64,000 bases of DNA, from assembly GCA_009914755.4 (NCBI GenBank), contig CP068257.2, positions 25,536,001 to 25,600,000 on the forward strand, in the 5' to 3' direction. Position numbers and translations under genes: made by a program. The notes beneath the pieces were generated by a model. That model saw only the letters and a list, made by a program, of their open reading frames with translations, did no database searches and was not told where the DNA came from. Below are positions 27,626 through 41,922 of this stretch, piece by piece. The DNA is from the human T2T-CHM13v2.0 reference genome, Homo sapiens. The number at the start of each line of letters is the position of its first letter. Within the stretch, counting starts at the first letter, position 1.

Positions 27626-29662
27626 CTTGACAAACATCTGCACCACCCAGTGATCTATATTAAGGTAGTCTGATTCTAAAAATTCACAATTTGAGAAAAA
27701 TATTCCCTCCTTCCAATTTCTCTCTGTCCATATTCACTGAGTTGGTAGAAAACCTATTATTTTAAAGTATATCATCAGATTGAATTATTCTCAGTCACTT
27801 CTAAGACAAGTTTAATCTGCCATGGCTAGAAATGTCATCTTTGTTTCATTATTGTTACCTGAGAGTATTTATACATAAGGAAACAATAAGTACCTGAAAG
27901 ATATGTAATTTCGTTATAAGTACCTGAGAGGTATGAATAGCTAGATCACTAATACTTTTCAGTCATATAATTTTAGAATATTTTAAAAGGGCAAACACAT
28001 ATAGGGCACTTTCACATATGTTCCTTGAGTCTTGAAGGAGCTTTTACTGATATCTGTGGTATGTTTTTAAGTCATCTGCATGAATAGTTAGTACAGCAGC
28101 TTTAAGTCAGATAATTTCTTATAGTCAGAAAACAAAAAACAAACTTGCTGCAAACATAGGAATTTTAATGATAAGAGAAAAAAATATTTTTTAAAGCCTT
28201 TCTCTGACAAATCCAGGAAACATAATCTTCAAGTATCATGGATTTCTTTGAAAATATAATTATGGTAGAGCTTGTCATTTGCTGCTTTTCTAATAATTTC
28301 AACAAATTTATTTTCTATTTCATATAATTATAATTATCTCATTTTTAGTCTTGTTACAGAAATTAATTTACCTATTATATTTGATTTATATGAATTGTAC
28401 ATGGGAAGAAACCATCACAGAATCATAAAACTGGGGAGAGATGCTAATCTAATCCACAAAGTCTCCTATAATTTGAATGTGGTTGGACACTTCTAATTAA
28501 GCGTTGGATTGACATTCATTTTTCTCTGATTTCTATTTTCTATTTATTAATTATAATGACAATTTTCACCTTTGAAAAATGAATACTGTTAATCATATTT
28601 AGTAAAACTTCTAAAATAGAACAATGTTTGCTTTCTTGGAATTACTGCCACTTGTAACTTTTTTGTTGTATTAGACCTGTGGTAGATAATCTATTTAGGA
28701 TTTTTACACTACCATATGTGAAACTGATCTTCCTTATTTTGAAGAATGGCTAAATCAGGGGAGTATTTGATTGGGGTTCCCAGAAACCAACAAGATGTGG
28801 ATTCATATTCAAATGCTTCCAGGAGAATCAAGTAAGGAAGTTAAGAAAGAGAAAGAAAGGAAACAAAGGTGAGGGTTTTTTTTTTGTTTGTTTTGTTTCT
28901 TTGTTTTTGTCAAATTCCCATTCTCAGCCCAATTCCACCAAGAGCTCTGAGTGTAAGTCACAATGCGGAGTATGTTACTTACAAGAGCAAGGGAGCTAGC
29001 TTGCCTTCCAGGGCCAGTCGGCTATTGGCCAAGGGGCTGCCTAGGAAGAACTGAGCACAGGTAATCTTCCAGGCATTTCTGATCCTAATAGATCTAGTAG
29101 CCCAGGAGAAGTCCTCTGAAGAATGTGGCAGAAGCCGGCTGTTAGAGGCAAACCACACAGAAGCTGGTAAATGTATCTCAGGGGATGTGGGTGAAATACC
29201 AGTGGTGTCCAATGAAGGGATAAATTCCAGAAGAGAAGGCTACACATATTTTTAGATTGACCAGTTTAAAGCGTGCATTAAATCACAAGAATTAAATTTG
29301 GCCCAGGGCAAGTAAATTTGATCACTAATTATCTTGAGTCCACTTTCTGAAGTTAATCCTTAAGATTACATGTATTATCTCCGCATTTAGCCAAATCAAA
29401 TTTCCCCCAGCCCCAGAGTATATGTTAATAGAATTTTTCCAGGAAATACCAAACATAAAAGAGATGCCAAATTAAGAGTGTACAAAGCTATGGGTTTCAC
29501 ATGTGAAAAAGAGACTTTGAGAAATACTTTAAAAATATTGATTACCTTGGATTTTTTTTTCAGTTTGTACATTATTAGCTCAAATATCTTAGCAGTTGGT
29601 GAAGCATGGAATTTTTATGATGTCTTCCAGAAGGAACTAAATGTATTTAAGTACAGGCATTC

Positions 29663-30113
29663 TTTTTTTTATATATATACTTTAAGTTTTGGGATACATG
29701 TGCAGAACGTGCAGGTTTGTTACATAGGTATACACGTGCCACGGTGGTTTTCTGCACCCATCAACCCTTCATCTACATTAGGTATTTCTCCTAATGCTAT
29801 CCCTCCCCTAGCCCCCCACCCCCCAATAGGCCTCACTGTGTGATGTTCCCCTCCCTGTGTTCACATGTTCTCATTGTTCAACTCCCACTTATGAGTGAGA
29901 ACATGCAGTGTTTGGTTTTCTGTTCCTGTGTTATTTTGCTGAGAATGATGGTTTCCAGCTTCATCCATGTCCCTGCAAAGGACATGAACTCATTCTTTTT
30001 TATGGCTGCATAGTATCCCATGGTGTATATGTGCCACATTTTCTTTATCCAGTCCATCATTGATGGGCATTTGGGTTGGTTCCAAGTCTTTGCGATTGTG
30101 AATAGAAGCACAG
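29663..30113 (-). mobile_element. LINE-1 3' end (primate L1PA-type), 5'-truncated (about 450 bp), with poly-T (tail) at 29663-29670
   Basis: ttttttttatatatatactttaagttttgggatacatgtgcagaacgtgcaggtttgttacataggtatacacgtgccacggtggttttctgcacccatcaacc...gttcaactcccacttatgagtgagaacatgcagtgtttggttttctgttcctgtg...catccatgtccctgcaaaggacatgaactcattctttttt is the reverse complement of the L1 3' end. Confidence 0.92.
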
Positions 30114-31477
30114 ACATTTTTAAGGCCTCTAAAATTAGTAGAAGAAATATTTTTAAGAAAAAATTATGTAAGAGTGATTAAATGTCAATGTACTAAATAA
30201 ATATGGTTTCTGTTTTATAATCTATGATTGTGTTTTGAGGTGTTAACCACACAATTTTTTAAAAGTTGATGTTAATCAGCAAATATAAAATTTTGCCAGT
30301 ATTTAATATGTAATTTTGAATTGTTGTGTTAAATGCATTGATGTATGTAAAACACTTAGTGGAGTATTGACCAGAGTGTAGTCTCATTTCATATGATTGA
30401 GTTCTCCTTGCCTTCCTATTTTAATCACATTAGCATTATTAAATAATAGCTACTTTGTTTAGAGAATCTATTGGTATTCTTCAATTAAGAAAAGCTCTTC
30501 GCTCTGTAACTCTGCCTTAAATAATGTTCGGTATTATATGTACAATAATATATATTTTCTAAAGTCTTCTGATCTATAAAATAATGTCATCAATTAGGCA
30601 ATTATTTGATCATTTTTATCCAGAGTACTGTAATTCCTAAAATGAGCATATAACTGAAAGAGGATTTCTACAGAGAAAGAGTTGTTGTTTTCCTAAAACT
30701 TTGAGCTGATGTCCCTGAGCTGTCCTAGGGACATCTGATGTCCTAGCCACTACTCTGCCCCGATTCTGGCAGCTTCTGGGGGACTGGCTCCCATAACCCC
30801 CCTGCGCATCATCTTTTCTGCTGAGCCACGTCTTCTACCTGGCACCTGATCCGAGCCCCAAGGTAGTGATGCGACAGGAGCACTCAGGTTTCTGATGCTG
30901 GTTCTGTTTCTCTCTCATTTTTGTTTTGTCATTCCATTTTTTTACATCTTTTAGGATTACCTGGACTATTCCCTTTCAAATATTCTGGTAGGGCTAATTC
31001 TCTACTGACATATTTAGACACAAAAAATTGACTAATGTAGCTTCATTGGACCATTAGTTGTTGATTCTATCATGGGAATCCCACATGATACCCTGTGATC
31101 GGAGAAGGTGTGTTACCTCATAGGTGTGTTGACATCCTACTGACACTTTCCAAACTATTTCTTTTAGACCATAGAGATTTTAATTTTGATCTTCATTCTG
31201 CAACGTGAACTGATCCCTTAGAGCTAACTTTTGTCTAGAATAGAATCTCTAGTATCTTCCAAAATTCTTGAACTGTGGGACACTGAGTAGGGCTGATATA
31301 CTGAACCTTTCAGATGCCAGCAAAAGCAGTGGAATAGCCAAACTGAAGAGCTAGTGGGCTTGGCTAAGAGCAAAGACATCAGGTTCGTCAAAGGGCCTGA
31401 CATCTATTTTTTTTTTATCCTGTCTCAAAGCAGCTATATAAATATGAAAGGAGTGTGTGAGACAAAACAAAATTCTG

Positions 31478-31768
<291 letters not shown>

Positions 31769-31809
31769 CTACTAGAAATAACTGATTTTATCTTTGTCAT
31801 CTAAAGAGA

Positions 31810-32010
31810 AAACAATACTCTTGGTTAGTTATAATATATATTTATATATTATACATAATATTTATATATCATATTTTTATATATTTATATATTATAAATA
31901 ATGTTTATATATTTATATATTATAAATAATATTTATATATATTTAATAAATAATGTTTATATATTTATATATTATAAATAATATTTATATATATCTATAT
32001 GTATATATTT
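31810..32010. repeat. AT-only minisatellite, about 6 copies of a roughly 30-33 bp unit (tttatatatttatatattataaataatrt)
   Basis: Repeated atttatatatttatatattataaataatgtttatat / ...aataatatttatatat blocks read directly. Confidence 0.85.
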
Positions 32011-33892
32011 ATACTTTCAGTATGTGTTAGTCATGCCAAGGACAGTTGCTTCTGCTTAGTTGCATTCTTTAGCTGGATTCAATTGTAGGTTTAGTGGATG
32101 ATTTAAAATGAGCTCTAAAATAGCCCAGGGGTAGTACCAAATACACACTCAAAAGTTCCATTAATGCGTCAGATTAGGGAAGGCTTTGTAAAGCTTTCTG
32201 GAAGGTTTTAAAGCTCTGAATTATCATCTTTGTTTTAAATTATCTTGTCATGGTGCTTGGTTTACCTGTCATTTTTTTTTAACTAAAAGATATATATGAT
32301 ACAAATTTATCCCATATGTAAGTGTCAGTGTTTTGGGGATAACATTTAAAAGCAAGATCCATTAATAAAATCACCTTTGATTTTTGAACTGTATGTAGTT
32401 CTTTGTTCGTATGAGCAATTCACAGCTACAGTTTAGTAAAAACTTGGCTTGAGGATGTTCACTTCTGAAAAAATTACTTAAAATGTATGAAATGTTATCG
32501 CTGTAAGAACAGATGATTGGTTTCTTTAAAATTCCTAACATCAAACTGCCACAGCCAACAGAGGCCTAAGGCTTAAAGAGGCATGGCAAGTTAATGTAAT
32601 GTGGTTTCCTAGATGGAATTCTACAACAGAAAAAATACATTCGATAAAAACTAAAGGAATCGAAATAAAGCATGGGCTTTAGTTAATAATAATGTTTCAA
32701 TATTCATTCATTCATTGTAACAAATGTGCCATATTCATGCAAGATGTTAATATAAAAATTGTGTGTAACCATGCACATGAAAACTCTTTGTGCTATCTAT
32801 GTAATTTTCTGTAAAACTAAAACTGTTCAAAAATAACCATTTTATTTTATTTTTTAAAAAATCTCACAACCTAAATCACTTTGAGATAGTCAGGTAATAA
32901 ATGCCATTTTTTTTATTTTTAAAAATTATGTAATGGAATTGAGCTCATTACAAAATGCTTTTCTACATTGTAGCTGCCTCTCTTAAGATTAAAGTTTTTG
33001 CCTGTGTTTTTTAGACACAAGAAAGGATATCATAAACCCTTTTTACATTAATGATCATCTCCTTTGAGCCTCCTTTTTTTGACACCATTCTCCTCTGCTA
33101 ATAGGAGTATTATTTTCTGGGGTATCTACCCATGATCTGAACCTTTCCTATTAGAAACTCCAGTGGAGATGATGGTTGCGGAAACGGCACAGTTCAATGA
33201 ACAAGATTTAAATCCTGTCTTGCTCAGAACTAGTGATGTACTCTTAGTTACATTAATATACCATCTCCATGAGGTTTTATAGTCTTCACCTCTACAATGA
33301 GGCCAATAGTAACTACAACCTCATAAACATATTGTGAAGATTAAATCACATAATAGGGTTTAGAAAACTGCGTGGATCATGACAATCACACAATAAAGAC
33401 TATTACTGTTTCTCCCATGTGGCAGTGTTTAGAACATCCTTGCAGTAATCCCTGCTAATTTTTTACTTTAGCATATTTTTGCTACAGAATTTACCAAGAA
33501 TTTATACTCTCACATTTGGAAAATTAAATTTTCATTAGCTGTCATAAAATCAGCTCAAACATTGGCAGGTGGGTTACACAAATAATAAAAGTAACAAGAG
33601 AAAAGAAATAATATTAAGAAGAAAAAAGAATAAAAGGAAGAAGGAGGAAGTAGGAAAGATGTAATAAGCTTTTAGAGTGATCATCATTTTGCATATAAAA
33701 GGGGACTGAATGCTTTACCTACATAAGCCTGTAGAATCTTCCCAACATGCATGTGAGCTAGGCATGATTAATAGACCATTTAAAGTTGAGAATAATATGA
33801 CTAAAACAGTTTCAATAACCTGTCCAAAGACCAAAGCTAATAGTTCATGGGACCAGAATTCAAACTCTACTATCCTCAACACAGAGCCACGG

Positions 33893-34260
33893 TCATATTG
33901 TTGGGCTCTGTGTCCATACCGAAAACTCATCTCCAATTGTAATCCCCACGTGTCGAGGGAGGGACCTGTTGGGAGGTGATTGGATTTTGGGGGCCATTTT
34001 CCCCATGCTGATCTTGTGATAGTGAGGGAGTTCTCATGAGATCTGCTGGTTTAAAAGTGGCAGTTTCCGCTGCCCTCTCTCTCTCTCTCCTGCTTCACCG
34101 TGTTAAGACATGCCTCGCTTCCCCCCTTGCCTTCCACCGTGATTGTAAGTTTCCTGAGGCCTCCCTAGCCATGAAGAACTGTGAATCAATTAAACTTTTT
34201 CTTTATAAATCTCCCAGTCTCAGGTATGTCTTTATAGCAGTGTGAAAATGGACTAATACA
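33893..34260 (+). mobile_element. ERVL-MaLR solo LTR (THE1/MST-type), apparently full length (about 368 bp, TG...CA termini)
   Basis: tcatattgttgggctctgtgtccataccgaaaactcatctccaattgtaatccccacgtgtcgagggagggacctgttgggaggtgattggattttgggggcc...gcttcaccgtgttaagacatgcctcgcttccccccttgccttccaccgtgattgtaagtttcctgaggcctccctagccatgaagaactgtgaatcaattaaactttttctttataaatctcccagtctcaggtatgtctttatagcagtgtgaaaatggactaataca closely parallels the THE1 LTR consensus. Confidence 0.85.
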
Positions 34261-37200
34261 CAAGGGCTGCCCTAACACCTTGACTCACTAAATATATCCA
34301 TCTTAGAGTCTTCTATGTAGGAATACTGTCTTCATTGTAGATACCAGGCCTACAATAATACCATGGATTTTGTTACTCTGCCAGTGGAAGCAGGATCTCC
34401 TCCCCACACCTACCTTAAAATGAAATACTCGTGACACTTATACATATCATGGTGGTCTGTAACTGGAGAGATTTTCTTATAGTCAAATGTGTTTTCTAAA
34501 CAGGTCAAACATTTAAGATACTAATATTGCCTCCCAAATTTTCAGCTCTTCACTGAATTTTAGCCTTGTAGTTCTTTCTCTTTCTGTTTTACATGAAGCA
34601 GGTTTGCTCTTTTATTTTCCTTTTTGCTACTGGATTTTTAAACAAAAGTCAGTAAAAGTTAACTGAGAATATTTTAACACTTTTTCTGGGAAGAGGTGCA
34701 GTCAGGCATAAGATTGTTAAAACATTTTGTAGCTTTGGCTTCACTCATTAAAATGTGTAGTATGAAGAATAAGCCTAGGGATTTTGTAATGAAATTATTT
34801 GATATATTCATGCTGTGTTTCATTATTCATAACAAAAAATATATCATCAGTGTGTCTTGAATTTTCTCTCTGATTCTCCACTTCTTTTTCCTTAAAGGAG
34901 AGAGAAGACCTCATTGCACAACCATTTCAGATGTGAATGTAGATATTAGAGTGGTACATCTGTTTCATGCATTAGGGAGCTTCTCTTGGGTCTATAAATA
35001 AGATCTCCACCGGTTCCATTAAATCCCAAAGTATGAATGGGCTTTTTTATGTCAAGTATGAACGAAATAGCATTTCCTTGGGTGTGGTAGGGAACACTGA
35101 TACACTCTTGGAGCTGAACATGCTAGCAGATTTCCTATCTATGCCATTGGCTCTGATTTTTCTCCCTTTGGAACAAGAGTTAGAAGCCAAGAGTTAGATT
35201 CTCTTTTCTTCCTGGAAATTCTCTTTATAACAGAATTGAAGTGGTTATTTGCAATTTATATGGAATACAAATGTGCATGTGTGTGTGTAAATATACGTTT
35301 TATTGGTAAAACAATCTGTTGGCTAAAAGAGTTTTAATGAGCTGTTGAAGTTGGGGATTAGTGCAAAATTCTTTTTAGGCATAGAAATCATAGAAGATAT
35401 TTTATTTTTCAAACATTTCTAAATGATTTTTTGGCTAAAAGATTTAAAAGGTCCCTGGAAAATAATTTTCAAAGTAGCATTAAACACATTAGAATGGGTT
35501 TGCAAATTCATTTCTCTATATTTCCTTCTCTGAATTTTTCTACATTTTGTTTCTTTATATTTTAATGGAGCTACATGATTTAAAAAGCAGAATTCAAAAT
35601 ATTTTGGTCTTGATTCATATTTTACTAGTTATAATGGTAAAATTTTCATTTTACTCCCTGAATAAATAAATAGTATCCAACTTAAAATATAAACTTGAAG
35701 ATTATCATTAGGATTTAGATAACATTGTCTGCATTGCGAACATAATAAGCATATTTCTATGAGAAAGTTCAGAACTAATGAGATCCACTAAAGATAAAGT
35801 CATATTTACTTTCTCCTCCTGTGACCACAAAAAGCAGATAATGCTTCCTAATGAATCCAAGCTATCTATTTCTTGTTATTGCTAGATTTATGTCTTAGCA
35901 ATGAGATGCATTGACTCCAGGATTCCAGGTCTCTGAGAAAGCTTTGGAAAGGGGCTTCTTGAGCTTATTGTTACTTCAAGCCACTGAATCTTACTCCCTC
36001 TTGTGGGCTCCTAGAGGTGCTAGAAAGAGTTATGCATGGTAGATATAGAAGGTATATAAATGATCATTACATTCCCAAAAGCTTCCTCTATTAAAAAAGA
36101 AAACATATTTTTCTTCCACAAAATAGGATATGTGCATTTCACACCCACCCTTCACTATTATTCAACTGATTATAACAAACCAGTATTTTACATAGAAAGT
36201 ATACTTGGCTTCACTGGTTGGAGGAATTTTTGTATGCTTTGGTCTTTCCAGGTCCTTAGTACAACTGGATCTTCAGAGGATCAAAGAAAAGCTCTCATTT
36301 AGTATCATTTCACCTTTGAAAGAACATTCTATTTTTCTTTATGGTAATTCAAATCAAATAATGTTTAATTGATGTGTTATATTTCAATTCCATAGTTATA
36401 TTATGTAAGGCTACGCAAATGTTGTTTTCACTGAATATTTGTGTTGTATTCTTTCTTATGTAATAGCTAATGTTTTCTTAACAAAATGACAAGTCCATAT
36501 ATAATAATGCCACTAAACACCTAAGGATTAAACAGCACTAGTAGTTAAAATAATGATGAATATTTGGCAGACAATAAGGGAAAAATGAAGCCACATTCTA
36601 GAAACAAATATATCTGTTTGTCATGGTGAATGCTATGAGTTTGTATTGAACTTTTCAGTGCCAAAACCAAAAGACAAATCTCTGTTCTTTAATTGAAACT
36701 GAGCTGTATTGAAGGCAATGATTAGTTAATGACCGGGTCCCCAGATGCAACTATCAATAGAGTATGAAGCAATTAAGAGAAATATCAGGATTTATAGAAA
36801 GTGTCAATATTCCATGAAATGTCACTCAATTGTATATTTCTGGGAGGTCAGACACTTAATTCCTTTCACATATGGTGCATTTTATCTGTGTTGAATTTTT
36901 AGTGCACCAGATACAAATGGAGTTAGCTTGCATTAACGTGGCTCCTTAAATATTATTACTCAGCATGACTACATGATAAAAACTAATCTTTCTTTTTACT
37001 AAGCATATGGGCTTTTTTCTATGGAAAGCAGCTGTGGCTAATTCAGTCACATCTAAGAGTAACTCCCACCTGTCAAAAGTATTTGAATCCATTTATTCTT
37101 CCATAATTAGAACATTCTATTGACTTTTTGCTATCTAAAGCAGGGCATAGTTCCGCTTTTATGAAACCTAAGTTATTAAAATTATAGTTTAATGTGTTAT

Positions 37201-38389
37201 CATTATAATTTTGTATCCACCAAATACAAGGAAAACAATTCGAGAAAAAATAAAATTATTTCATGAAAAGCAGTTACTACTTACTTTATACAAATACAAA
37301 CGTGTATTATGTTTGTGCAAGCATGTAAGTTTATGTTTGTCAATTAGCATGCAAATGAATTTCTTCAAAAATGATTTAAAAATTATTAAAATCCATAAGC
37401 ACTGCCTCCATTGAACCATGCAAAATGAGGGGCAGATGTGTATGGCACAAATCTAGGGCCAGACAAGTGGCTTCCATGAGGTACTTTCAGAATTTGGGAA
37501 GTTCAATGCAAATAGATTCACTTCCCATGAGCCAGTGCCTCTTACATACATCACTGGTCCAGGGTGGATGGTTGAAAAATTCTTTATCTTTACATCTGAA
37601 GACTTGGAGTCCCGTGTCCCAAGGTCAGGGGATAGTAGAAATTCAAATGCAAATATGCATATATAAAATCTATCTTTCTCACTTATACACTTCTCAGGCA
37701 GTTATTACCCTTTGGTGAGATTTCCCAGACTGTCCTCTCACAGCTCTGTATCTCTTTCTGCCCATGAGGTTTGGGGTGGGAGTGGAGAAGGAATGAGAAA
37801 GTAGAAAACTGATATGGGATTTTAGCAGCACGGTGGGGTAATGAGTGGATGTGTATTAAAATGTCCCTCTATAAGTGAACAAGCTTCAGGTCATTTCTGC
37901 CTGACTAATGAGAGCTCAATAGGATCTCCCACAATCTCACCCCCTATTGCTGCCTTGAGACAGTACCTTGTCCTTTGTGTAGGATAATGTGTGGGCAGCT
38001 TTACCATAATAGATGTCATTCAAAGGAGGGACAACCAAAAGCTGAATGCTGCCTGCGTTGCAGTCTTGGTTTAGTTTCCTAAACCCTTCACCAGAGGAAA
38101 ACAATAGTGTAAATGACTAACTTCCGTGACTAGCATAGAAGTATATTTAACAGATATGTGTTGGATGTATAGTTCATTCATATACTAATAACTGACAATA
38201 GTTCTCGAAGACCTAGAGTTTATTTATCATTATTGCAAGCCCTGTGGAGAATACAAATGAAATAAAGAACAAGCCAACAAGCCTTGATTATGGCTACAGA
38301 GTTTGACTTATACATATTGTGGCCCAGTACATTCATTTCAATCCTGAGTGTGTTTAAAAAAAAAAATCCCATGGCAATCCTACCTTTGC

Positions 38390-38408
38390 TTTTTTTTTTT
38401 TTTTTTGG
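38390..38408. repeat. Poly-T tract (about T19), with a nearby A11 at 38356-38366
   Basis: ctttgcttttttttttttttttttgg. Confidence 0.9.
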
Positions 38409-40654
38409 AAAAAGAACAAACTACAACTAATAAATAGAGGAATGTCATTTCAAAAGAGTTATAATAAACCATTTCCTAATAAGATACATGAGTAATTTAT
38501 TATTTTCTTTATAAGCAAAAAGAAGTTTAAATAACTGAATTTTAATTTTAAAATAGTGCCTTATAAACTTTAAAATAACTAGTAATTTTCCTCCATTCCT
38601 TTACAATATACTACAAGATGTCTAAGTAATTCACATTCATAGACAAGTCACCACTGAAGAAGTGCTATCATATAGCAATTGAGGAGTGTTAGCTATATCT
38701 CACCATTAACAATGGGGACAGTCTGATTCTACTTTAATCTACAACACATACTTATTTTTTAAATCTACATCTTTGAAATTTTATGTCAAAACTACATGGA
38801 TGAACATGTATAGTTTTATACACTATAGGTTGTAGGGTTGACCAAATAATTCACAGCAAGAAAAATTGGTATTATTGAAAATAAGCTATTACTTATAATG
38901 TAAAAGCAAAAATTGCTGCAATCAATAAGTAACCACAATCAATTTAAGTTAACACGGAATGCACTGATAGCATATGATGTTTTTAAAATAGAGTAATTCC
39001 AACTATTCTTTCTACACAAAGCCTGTATGGCAGTCAGAAGTCTTAGAAGATTATGAAAATACTTAGGAACTCTTTGTAATGTATTAAATTTTGTTATGAC
39101 TACAAGAATTTAGTAACCTCTAAAAGGTGGTCCTAGATAGCTTTTAGTTGTGCATACAACCTATAGCCTATTGACCTGTTAATCATTTAACAATAAGGAT
39201 TTAGGACATTGGGAGGGCTTCTGACCCCACTACTATTCATGCCCTGAAAACAGCCTTATGGAGGTGGCAGGATAATAATTCATGAGTCAGTGAGTGTAAT
39301 TTATATGTTGGTATATGTCAGTCACAATACATTGAATTTTTTGTGACATTTTTCAGAGCAGTAACTATAAAAAAGTGAATTCTAAAGAAAACAAAAGAGT
39401 TGAAGGAAAACAAGATGTTTTATAGCTGGTGCTGGTGCAGAGCAAAACCCTCTCTGCTTGACGGTTAGCAACTGAAACACAGTTTTGATTGATACTTCTT
39501 TGGGCCATCTCTTTTATAAATGATAATGACAAACCATAACATAATTTTTAAAAAGAAAAGAGAGGAAAGGACATTTGGGCTTTCTTTCAGTAGTTAATCA
39601 TGGGAAAGCTAAGGAAGGAAGCCTTCCTGGGTGGAGGGAATGATGTAGTCCATTGCCCGCTCTCTCTGGGACACCCCTCTCTCTGGGACTAGCTGAGAAC
39701 AAGTAGGGACTAACTACTTTTGGCAAAACAACTGTCACAAGCCAGAAATGAAACAAAGGTCCCTACTTATAAGGAAACAGAAAGAGATGAGTGACCTAAG
39801 GCCTAAACTTCAAAGCAGTATCTTTGGAGTATTTTCTAAGGAAAATCAAGCAAGCTCTGAATAAAATGACTCATTTATTTCCTTCTCCTGTCTTTGGGAT
39901 TGTCAAACGTCAATATGTTGAAGTTATGCTTACTAAAATGCAAAAATGCTGGTATTTCATTAATTGAGGCAGAATGCTCATACTTGTTCCCCAACTGATG
40001 CTATCAAGAGAGAAGGGTCGATGAGCTACACTTTGAGAAGCATTCCTGCCTCTCTCTACCCTCCTTCTTTGGGAGATCACCTCCCTCATACTTCACAGGG
40101 AAAACTGAAGAAATCAGCGTAAAGTTGCCTGAACTTCTCACTCTATAAAAATATTCACATTTGCAGCCATCCATTCTTTCTAACTGTCAGATAGGGGCAA
40201 TGTGGCCTTTGTTCTGTTCCAGACTAATCTTCTCTCCTCTCTCCCACCCACTCTTATTTGCAGAGGGTCAACATGAATCTATACCCTTTCTTTCTCTCTC
40301 TCCCATTTGGTGGTTTTCCATCAGCTTTTAAACATCCATATCCTCCACCTCAACGTATCATCCCTTGATTATCCTCTGTTCATCCTTCAATCTCCCTCTA
40401 TCTCTCTGTTTTCAATTGTACATTTGGAAAACATTTACCTATGCTCATTGCCTCTATTACTTTCCCATTCATCAACTCCTTATCCGCCTTTTCCTGGCTT
40501 ATGCCAATGTATCCTCTAAAACTCCTCTAACAAGACCTGTTAGCTCCATGTCAGCACTGCTTTGGAAACTTTTTAGATCAAGCTTATTGAATTTCTTAAG
40601 TTTACCTCTCCCCTTTTCGTGACATATTGTTTTCTCTTTGTTTTCTTGGCATGT

Positions 40655-40676
40655 AAACAAACAAACAAACAAAATG
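40655..40676. repeat. (CAAA)n microsatellite
   Basis: caaacaaacaaacaaacaaaa. Confidence 0.9.
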
Positions 40677-41764
40677 GTTGTGCTTCTGTCTCTCTCAGAA
40701 GAGGCTTTCAGTTTTTTTGAGTCTCTTAGGCCAGTTGTCTTCCTGTTACACAATTATTCAACATCGAGTATCCTCTTAAACTTTTTTCACTGCTTGTTTT
40801 AAACCCTATTTCTATGTGGTCTCATTAATATAGTTATGTATATGCTAACAAGTCCCAAAGGTACATCCATTAGCTTGACTTGTTTTCTTAGTTCTAGACC
40901 TAGATGGCTACTTGTCATTCCTTACACATATATCTCACAGATACCTCAAACTTACTAAGTACAAAGTTACACTCATGATCTCTTTATAACTGTTAGTATT
41001 TGATATTTTGTTTCTTATTTTATGACCAGAAGATACCAGTTGTTCAGGCCAGAATTCTGAGAGTCATCATTTACTTCTCTATTAATATAATCCCCCCATA
41101 CAAATAATAAATGCCGTTAACCTACATCATAAATATGTTTTTAATTCACTTATTTGTCTCTTATCTCTACTCACACCCACCATTGCCATCTAGGCCAACT
41201 CCATTTATTGACAGGATGAATACAACTATATTTTCATAACTGTCTATCTTACATCAATTATTGTCACCTTTCAACTTATTTTCTCTATCTTTGACCAATG
41301 ACCTTACAAACGTGAAGTTTGTCATTCTCTGGTTTTAAAAAGAAGTCATGAACTCAAGTGTGCCAAGATCCAGGCCAACACATGAGTGAGTTGAGGACTG
41401 TTGAACTTGAGATTTTATGGTATCCTCTCTAAAGGGGCAGACACTACTTAACTTTGGCTGATTGTTCCCCATAGAAATACATGGTCAGTGTTTCCTGGTC
41501 ATCTATTTTTTTTCAAGAGAAGAGGTACTTACATGTAAGTATTTGTTTAATATATCATTCCCTACTGTGCTCTCAGCACCATGAAAGCTGGGGCCTCAGC
41601 TATCTTTTTCACTGCCTGGCACATAACATGCATTCAGAAAATATTTTTTTTCAACAAGTAAATGCATGAGTCAAATCAAGAGAAGAACAGAGGAGAAAGT
41701 GAGTCATAATGCCTACAATGGCCAAAATATTGGCTAACATAGCTGAATAATTTTGAAATTTTTT

Positions 41765-41922
41765 ATTTTTTTCAGAGACAAGGTATTGTTCTGTCCCTCA
41801 GGCTGGAGTGCAATGTCACAATCATATCTCACTACAACCTCGAACTCCGGGGCTCAAGCAATCCACCCACCTAAGTCTCTGAAATACATGGGGCTACAGG
41901 AGTGAGACACCGTGCCCAGCTT
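41765..41922 (-). mobile_element. Free Alu monomer-like element (FRAM/FLAM-type) or heavily truncated Alu
   Basis: ttttttatttttttcagagacaaggtattgttctgtccctcaggctggagtgcaatgtcacaatcatatctcactacaacctcgaactccggggctcaagcaatccacccacctaagtctc...ggggctacaggagtgagacaccgtgcccagc. Only a single monomer is present, about 150 bp. Confidence 0.6.

Noticed and set aside
29478-29843. 121-aa ORF, plus a 79-aa ORF at 29878-30117
   Set aside because: Both overlap the minus-strand L1PA 3' end (29663-30113). The 79-aa ORF is the degenerate tail of L1 ORF2 read on the minus strand and the other is antisense junk. These are transposon-derived, not host genes.
41521-41660. Possible inverted pair of MIR 3'-end-like fragments
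   Set aside because: The similarity to MIR is weak on both arms. It could be a chance match in AT-rich sequence, so it was not entered as a feature.
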